This document shows, one piece after another, positions 57,401 through 64,000 of a stretch of DNA of 64,000 bases (position 1 is its first letter; every line of letters begins with the position of its first letter). The notes under the pieces were generated by a model that saw only the letters and a list, made by a program, of their open reading frames with translations, was not told where the DNA came from and did no database searches. The stretch spans positions 186,001 through 250,000 of the forward strand of contig MCFH01000048.1 in the NCBI GenBank assembly GCA_002104945.1, read 5' to 3'. Origin of the DNA: Piromyces finnis finn (taxonomy: Eukaryota > Fungi > Neocallimastigomycota). Made by a program: the position numbers and the translations under genes.

Positions 57401-58279
57401 ATGTTCTTCTAAATTGCTTACTTCTTCTGGTTTTTCGGACAAAAAAGTATGAATTAAATAATTATAATTATATCTATCATAATTATTTTTATTTAATATA
57501 ACTTTTCTAAAAAATTTGGAACGTTTAGGGTTAAATTTGTGAAATCGACCATTTTTCTTCTTACTAAAGGTTTTAGATCTGAAATAAAAATTATGAATTT
57601 TATTTTTTAAATTATAAAAATTGGTGGAATAATTTTTATTTTTATTTTTTGTGTTATTTACACCTGTAGAAGTGGTAGGTGTAACATTTATGTCATTTCT
57701 ATTATAAGAAATGAATTGTTCTAATTTTAAAAATTTAGTAGCATGCTTCATATTGAATTTCTTTCTGTTAAAATCATATTTTAAATTTGAATATAAATAA
57801 TTTTTATTATAATTATAATGAATTTCATATTTGGACATGAATATATTTCCAAATAATAAATCTGTCGGAATATAATCCGCTAGTAAAAATTTTTCTTTGA
57901 AATTGATGAAATGGAATTTATTGTTGATAAATAGTTTTAACTGAAAGTTTAGGTTGATATATTCATCAAGTTCAATTGAAGTACCACTGATACCTTGTAC
58001 AGTGATAACATTATTAATTTTATGAGGATGTAATTGTAATGTACGTAATAGTTTGTACGACATAAAATTACAATAAGATCCACTATCTAATAGTGATGTA
58101 CATGCAATTTTATTATGTACATTATTTGTACCTCCATTATTGGATAATACATATGTATTAAAAGTAAAAAACGTTGAAGGTAATGTATTATCTTTGTTGA
58201 TAGTGGGAAAAGTGTAGTTTAATATTTTTGTATTCGAGTGGTGATGGGACTTCAATGGAAGTCCTTTATTTAGTTTTTT
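54458..58279 (-). CDS. pol: Pol of element 3 (PR DSG, RT YLDD, RH, IN, GPY/F, chromodomain), entered by -1 frameshift
   Basis: 1265-aa ORF (track start is a TTG). The frame is open from AAAAAAC at 58279-58273. C-terminus YEYKIRYKY....NWVPASEV is chromodomain-like. Confidence 0.95.
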   Translation of the reverse strand, partial: KKLNKGLPLKSHHHSNTKILNYTFPTINKDNTLPSTFFTFNTYVLSNNGGTNNVHNKIACTSLLDSGSYCNFMSYKLLRTLQLHPHKINNVITVQGISGTSIELDEYINLNFQLKLFINNKFHFINFKEKFLLADYIPTDLLFGNIFMSKYEIHYNYNKNYLYSNLKYDFNRKKFNMKHATKFLKLEQFISYNRNDINVTPTTSTGVNNTKNKNKNYSTNFYNLKNKIHNFYFRSKTFSKKKNGRFHKFNPKRSKFFRKVILNKNNYDRYNYNYLIHTFLSEKPEEVSNLEEHTIEDIPKPYRDLAKVFSKQEADKLPPHRITDCKIVLEKDATLHYGPIYPLSEEESKVLEEYIKENLEKGFIRPSESPAGYPVVFQKKKDGTLRVCIDYKKLNSVTIRNSYPIPLITDIIERVKGAKYFTKLDLRSAYNLVRIRNGDEYKTAFRTKFGHYEYLVMPFGLRNAPATFQAFINSVLRPFLEKSVILYLDDILIFSKTLEEHHQHVREVLSKLLENNLYAKLPKCEFDKPQVEFLGYVISGSGIATDPKKIESIKNWPIPTTVKDVQRFLGLCNYYRRFVMNFADLAKPLHNLTKKNAKFKWSTECESSFNILKTRLTSAPILSHPDPQKQYILECDASNVAIGSILSQYDSENRLHPVAYYSRSLSSSEVNYSITDKELLAIKDSFSTWRHLLLGAKYKIKVYTDHRNLLYTLGGKVGNQRQHRWHLFFHEYDFELIYRQGRKNGKPDCLSRRPDYMDRTYEEKPEYILDSKNVKLIPSFIGIMSNFLEQVIQYLKDDETAKDIMLYFSPHNDQKAYRPFRKMNKFELKNNLILYNNLVYIPEKLRLDVLMKYHEQPSAGHLGIKRTLELITRNFWWPKIKDDVTKFVNSCETCTRNKVTRHRKYGKLQPLDTPERPWKSIEIDFLCGLPESKGYTVIMVVVDRFSKMIHLVPFKQVPNAAQTAKAFLNNVYRLHGLPYDLYTDRGSQFTSDVWLEFLDLLYIHPRIATTDHHETVGQVERSNSFIEQYLRCYSKSFYHDDWVDWLPLAEFAYNNAVNESTKETPFFINYGFHPPMDEMTLLPQCNINHKLVQNVNDAFNHIKEVLLRSKELYKRRVDKSRLEAPKFKIDDLVWIQAPPSLNIENSSKLAPCKYGPYKITQVLRNNNYEIDIKKSPFPKHYPIFHVSELEPYRSTPKEFLNRTADPESIKDIVEISGFRTNYKQQRYEYKIRYKYRSAYNWVPASEVEDNPRNQYIYQKYLKSGRHYASIAYN

Positions 58280-59295
58280 GAACTAATTTTTTGAGCTTTA
58301 TAATTGTTGTTATTGTAATTATTATTATATTTTTGGAAGTTATTGTTGTTATTGTTGTTGTTGTTGTTGTATGATCTGTGGTGGTTGAAATGTGAATTTC
58401 TTTTCTTGTTAGATTTAGAGTTGGAAGACTGGTTAATCTTATTCTTTGTAGAAAGAGAACTTTCGATCAAAATACATCTAGTTATAATGGACTCCATGGT
58501 GGTTGGAAATACCTCCATCTTTTCAATTTCTTCCTGATATTTGGGATGTAAACCATTATAAAAGATTAAAGATAATGCTTCTTCATTCCATTTAAATTGT
58601 TGTGAAAGAGAGCGGAATTCCTCGATATAATCATTTATTTTACCATATTGTTGTTTTAAACGCATTATTTTGATTTTAGCTATCTTGTAACTAGCAACAT
58701 TTGAGAAAGCAATTCTTAGTCCATCCAACAATTCTTGCATGGTAGATGGATAAATATTATCCTTGTACTTGGCAAGATACCAATTTCTAGCAGCATCACG
58801 AAGACGGGATTGTACAAAATTAATTTTTGTTTCTTCTGGTAAAGTTCGATTTGGTAGAGTTTTGAAAGTATCTTCACATAATTGACAAAACAAATCGGTA
58901 TCACTAGTCTTACCGGAGAACATACCTGGATCTGGCACTTGAGTGATTGGAGTAGCAAAACGGCCTCTCATGATAACATCATGATCCAAATCAAATCTTG
59001 TTGAAGTAGATTCATCATCTCTAAAGACAGTAGGTCTTGGAGTAGCTATCCTATCATAATTGGTATGTAACAATGGTTGTTCATCTTCATTCTGAGCAGT
59101 TTGATTATTATTCATATTGGTTAATACACTCATGATTTCATTTAAACGATTATTCACATCATTGGAAAAATTTTGAAAATCTTCACGGAAAACCAAATTT
59201 TCATTGATACCCTCAATGATATCCTTGGCAGTCTGAGTAGCATCCTCTCTTAGTTGGTTTACCTCGTCTGGGAAATTAGGAACCGGAGTGAACAT
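58270..59295 (-). CDS. gag: Gag of element 3
   Basis: 341 aa. Retrotransposon capsid-like motifs (F.G.., KINFV.SRL...A..WY, YIEEF..L, FYNGL). Confidence 0.92.
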   Translation of the reverse strand: MFTPVPNFPDEVNQLREDATQTAKDIIEGINENLVFREDFQNFSNDVNNRLNEIMSVLTNMNNNQTAQNEDEQPLLHTNYDRIATPRPTVFRDDESTSTRFDLDHDVIMRGRFATPITQVPDPGMFSGKTSDTDLFCQLCEDTFKTLPNRTLPEETKINFVQSRLRDAARNWYLAKYKDNIYPSTMQELLDGLRIAFSNVASYKIAKIKIMRLKQQYGKINDYIEEFRSLSQQFKWNEEALSLIFYNGLHPKYQEEIEKMEVFPTTMESIITRCILIESSLSTKNKINQSSNSKSNKKRNSHFNHHRSYNNNNNNNNNNFQKYNNNYNNNNYKAQKISSKN

Positions 59296-59319
59296 TCTAA
59301 AGTAGCCACTAAACAGCGG

Positions 59320-59330
59320 GTAAAGATTAT
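59320..59330 (-). promoter_or_regulatory. Putative self-priming PBS (ATAATCTTTAC)
   Basis: Abuts the 5' LTR and is not TGG-led. Exact complement lies inside the LTR at 59566-59556. Confidence 0.75.
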
Positions 59331-60529
59331 TGTTAAGTTTTTGGGTTTGGTTATGCGGCCAGGTCAGAATGTTATTAATTATATAGTAAAAATGTTTTTT
59401 AAGAAATTAAATTTAATTATAAAATAACACCTTAAACTCCCAAATGAAAAATGAAAAATTTATATTTACTTTAAAATAACTTTTTATAAATTTTTTATTT
59501 ATTTAATAATAATATAAATGATATTATAAGTAACTATATAATTAAGATTATAACTATAATCTTTACAAAGAATTAAAATCGAATTCAATTCATTCTCTTT
59601 TATATTCTTTGTTCAGATTATTAAATTGATATTAATAAGAATAAAGTATTACATATAATATATTAGTAATATAATTAAATAAGTAATAAGATTGTTTGTT
59701 TGTTTGTTTGTTTGTTTGTCATGACATAAAATAAAATAAACATATGATTAATCATTTAAACAGTTGATCCTAATTAGTAATTATAAAAACTATTCAATTA
59801 ATAATTCATCATTATTAATTGATATTACCATAACATATTTGTTATAACTAAATAATTATTATTTTCAAAATTATTTCTAATAAAACTTGCCGTTAACCTA
59901 TTTTATAATAATTAAGATTATTTAATTTATAGGTATTAACTGTTACACCTAAATGGGTCTAGTTCTATTTTTAGTAACAATCGTTATCATTAATTAAATT
60001 AATATAACTAAAATTCCTATTGATATATTTTTAATTTCATCAAGTCATAAGAAATATTTATGATCCATACTTGATATCATATTGATTTTAATTTACCTAA
60101 TAAAATCTTTAAATGATCATAACTTCCTTAAATGATCAGTTAGAAGGAACGCGATTGTACCAAATTGTAGCTTTCTTCCTAAGCTTTCCAATAAACCTAG
60201 TTTCATCACCGTAGCACTTACAGCCGTAGCGATCGTTTTTGGCGAGTTACACCTTATTTCGTACTTGCTTATTTTTGGTTAAGGGTTATAGTATATTGAT
60301 ATTAAATTTTTGAAATCATAACCCTTTCACTGAATCAAAATTTAAAAGGTGACTTTTAAAAGTGTTTTAAAATAATTATTGAAATTATTTAATTATAATT
60401 ATTATGTTTAATTAATTATAGATATTATCTGAATTTGTTTTAAATCCAGTTAATATCTTCACATATCACTTTCTATATTCCTTTATAGAATTAAGATAAT
60501 ATCCTCTTCGTATCACAAAGAATGTAGAA

Positions 60530-60603
60530 GCTCGCGTAGCCTAATTGGATAGGGCGTCAGACTTCTAATCTGAAGATTGCGGGTTCGAGTCCCGCCGTGA
60601 GTG
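60530..60603 (+). tRNA. tRNA-Arg(TCT)
   Basis: GCTCGCG...CGTGAGT-G acceptor, TCAGA-CT-TCT-AA-TCTGA anticodon arm, GGTTCGAGTCC. Confidence 0.97.
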
Positions 60604-62310
60604 GTTTAAATATTTTATAAAAAATTCATTATAATAGTAGTTTTATTTATTTATAATATATTTTATAAATATAATTTAATAAAAACTTATTTATTTTAAC
60701 TAATGAAGTAATATATAAATAAAGTTTAAAAAAATCATAATAATAAATATCAGTATAATAAAATAAGTCTGTATACGATTATTTATTATGTGGAATCATG
60801 TTTTCTGCTCCGATAAAAAATAAATAAAAAACTAAAACAATATATATAAAAAAAAGGAGTTAAGTATTATTAAATTATTGATGTTTTTATTTTAATAATT
60901 TTATACTTTGATATATAATATTAGAAAAATACTTTTATATAGTTATTAAATAACTAAAGGGTAAACATATTTTGACTTGAATTAAATATAGTTATAATAG
61001 TAGTAGAAAAAGAGAAAATTCTTTTACAAATTTTATTTTTTTGTTTTGTAATAATTTAAAAATAAAAAGGAAGAAAAAATTATTTTTGTTTTTTATGCTC
61101 ATATGTATTAATATGATTTTAATTTAAAAGATAATAATAATAATTAATATTTTATATTAAAGCTTTTTAAACAATAATAAATAATATATTGAAAAGATTT
61201 ATATATTAATAAATTTGAAATTTATTACTAAATTAATATACTTTACATTACTATATTAATAGCATGAAATATATTTATCTTACTAAACATAATACATTAC
61301 GATAGATATATTTTAAAAATACTATTTTTATTTATCTTTCGGATTCATTTTTTTCATCTTTTTTACAAAGTATTAGGAATATTGATTAAACATTAAAATA
61401 ACAAATTCCTTATATTCTTTCATATAATTTTTTAAATTTAAATTTTAAAATACCTAAAAAAAAGGTATCACTTTATAAAAATACATAAATTTTAATTTCA
61501 AAAATAAATACATATTTTTATAAAAGATTACTTCAAAAATTAAATAAAATTTTGATAAATATTTAGATTTATAGAACAAGTAAACTTATTCAAAATAATT
61601 ATAAAATAGTTTATTTTTTACTTTCTATTTATTTTAAATTACTTTAATGATTTTAATGTAGTATTAAAAATAGGATTTATTTAATATTTTTATAAAAAAT
61701 ATATCATAATTAAATTAAAATTAATATTTTTTATTTATATATGTATAAATAATATAAATAATACATAAACTCCATAGTAGGTTTACTCAAATTGAATCAA
61801 AAATACGTATTTAATTTACTTTAATTTAGCTCTATTATTTTGGTTTATTAAATAATTATTGTTATTGTTGCTCTATTTATTTATTTAATATTAAATATAT
61901 GAATAATTAAATGGAAACGTATTATAATTATACAATATAATTATCAAAATATAAAAATACATATAGAACTATAAAAATTTTATATAAAAAATAATATTAA
62001 TATTATACTATAGAAATATTAAATATTGCTTTGAAAGAATATAATTCAGCAAGAACTTAATTACTAATAAAATTATAATGTAAATTACTAATGTAATGTT
62101 TCTTAGAATATTGGTAATGTAAAGTATTACTAATTAACATTAGCCGCATATTTTAGTATAAAAAATTGTAAATGAATTATTAAAATCTTTGTAATTACCT
62201 TTATTAAATTAATTTTAATAAATAAACTTTATAAAACATATATTTATTTTTCAATTTTAATAATTTAAAAATTATGCAATGATTTATAAAAATAAAATTA
62301 TCTTTAAAAA

Positions 62311-62382
62311 TGGAGAGTGAGTGATTCGAACACCCAACCTTCCGCTCTGGAGGCGGACGCGCTACCGTTGCGCCAACCCTCC
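62311..62382 (-). tRNA. tRNA-Trp(CCA)
   Basis: GGAGGGT...ACTCTCC-A acceptor, TCCGC-CT-CCA-GA-GCGGA anticodon arm, GTTCGAATC. Confidence 0.96.
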
Positions 62383-62398
62383 TTTCTTAAAATTTGTA

Positions 62399-63141
62399 TG
62401 TAAGAATAAATACTTATTATTTATTCTTAGTATTAAACATTACAAATAATTTATTTAGTTAATAATCATTAATCCATTAGATTATATTAATATATTTATT
62501 TATTATTATAGTTATTTGTTAAGTTAAATATTGTAAATATTTATTTAGTTAATAATTATTCATTCGCTATATTAGATTAATTAATTTATTTAATTATGTA
62601 TTTATACATTCATTTATATATATACTTGTATTATAAAAGATAAAACACATACTAATTACATTAATAATATTATACAACTATATATTAGTATGTAATAGGA
62701 AATCGGATATTAAGGTTTTACCCGTTATCAACGGTTTTACTTAATATTACGATGATTGGTATGATTAGAATATCAATCAAATAACTTTTTAGGTTTTTCT
62801 TCTAGTCTTTTCCTAAAAAGATTCTTGTTAAGATTAGAATGTTCTTAGAAATTTTAATTTAATAGAATAAAACATATAAATAGTACTCTTGAGTTCGATT
62901 TGAGAAATCAAGAGTTATTATTATAAGATTAATTATAATAAATAACTTTATACAAAATAATAAGTAATAAAATAAATATTAAAAAAAAAACTATTAAATA
63001 CACAAAATAATTCTGATACATTTGGTTTTGTTTATTATAATTTCTTATAATAAACTCATTAAGTTAAGTTTCTAATTTTACCTTTATTTTCACATTTTAA
63101 TAATAGTTTATATTATTAATTTAAAGCTAATAATTATTACA
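62399..63141. mobile_element. Family-D solo LTR-like element (TGTAA...TTACA)
   Basis: 5-bp TSD TTGTA at 62394-62398 and 63142-63146. Confidence 0.78.
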
Positions 63142-63145
63142 TTGT

Positions 63146-63851
63146 AGTTAAGGAACCAACAAATAAAGTTATTCTTGTCATAATTAATGATTATGACCTA
63201 ATCCATTATTGTTCCTAAATGTATGAAAACTTTACAATATTCTTATTTGTAAATTAATGTATACACTTAAATTATATTTAAAATTATTAATAATTATTTT
63301 TATTGAACTTAAATTTTATTTTATTAAACTTAAAAATTAATTTAGTAATAATAATATATTGAAAATTATAGTTTATTGAACTTTTAGTTTAATTTATCAA
63401 GTTAATGAATTTTTATTAATTAAAATTATGAATAATATTTCTGTAAAATAGTAAAATTCTTTAGTTAAATATATTTAAAGTAAACTTTTAATGTATGTTA
63501 ATCAATTTAATAATATGTATAAATATTTATTATAATAGTAATGTAATTTTATTATTCATTTAAAAGTAATTTAAAGACTAAAATTAATGTAAATAATTAA
63601 AGACTAATTCTTTTAATTAACACTACTTAATTTTTTACAAAAAGTATAAAAAGGTGTATATTATAAGAATTAGAGAATATACAGATATTTTTATTTTTAT
63701 TTTTATTTTATTTTATAATTTTATATTAATATCTTAATAAAACAATTTTATTAATAAAACAATTTTTCTTATTTCATTTTAATATTATTTTTGAGTATTA
63801 ATAAATTTATTAATATTTTATAAATAAAAGTAAATTCCTCGAACCGTAACA
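63146..63851 (+). mobile_element. Family-B solo LTR
   Basis: Near-identical to 43130-43835 with the first base A instead of T. TSD TTGT. Confidence 0.95.
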
Positions 63852-63854
63852 TTG

Positions 63855-64000
63855 TGATAAATAATGAAATTAATAAATATAAAATTATTATTAAACCTGA
63901 TTTTTAAGTTAATCCTAAAAGTAACTTAAAACAAGTTATAGTTTAATTAAGTACTTTACCAAAATTCTTAAATAAAATTAATCCTAAACACTGCATATAT
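63855..64000 (+). mobile_element. Family-C LTR, truncated by the window edge
   Basis: Matches the reverse complement of 10162-10017. Confidence 0.85.

Larger units (their letters stand above)
52923..60463 (-). mobile_element. Full-length, apparently intact chromovirus (Ty3/gypsy, Tf1/sushi-like), element 3 (family T)
   Basis: 1133-bp LTRs at 52923-54055 and 59331-60463 with no difference seen. TSD TATCA, PPT AGGGAGGGCGT, intact gag and pol with a C-terminal chromodomain. Confidence 0.97.
52390..60515. mobile_element. Family-A LTR split by element 3 (52390-52922 + 60469-60515)
   Basis: Rejoined halves match 390-1252. TSD CAAA at 52386-52389 and 60516-60519. Confidence 0.88.

Overview
Very AT-rich eukaryotic DNA with spliceosomal introns. 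Composition and a CBM18-CE4 gene suggest an anaerobic gut fungus (Neocallimastigomycota); this is inference. The central block (~21.6-39.7 kb) holds five host genes: PWP1, a SEL1-repeat protein, an RGS protein, PEX16 and a CBM18-CE4 deacetylase. It also holds a poly(A)/TSD-flanked SINE-like insert and tandem duplications. Roughly 60% of the window is Ty3/gypsy material: three full-length elements, about 15 solo or fragmentary LTRs and one decayed chromovirus. This material is stacked immediately upstream of tRNA genes (two inverted Ser-Met dicistrons, Cys, Arg, Trp). TSD-based reconstruction suggests two fixed insertion windows. Chromodomain-less, tRNA-Ala-primed Ty3-like elements sit 12-16 bp upstream of the mature tRNA 5' end. 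Chromovirus-type LTRs sit 65-67 bp upstream. Elements of known polarity almost always have their 5' end toward the tRNA. Other signals are a Tf1-like 11-nt self-priming PBS, -1 frameshift signals with a covarying hairpin, and a D-[T/S]-C protease motif. All coordinates, TSDs and identities were read by eye, and family names A-T are my own labels.
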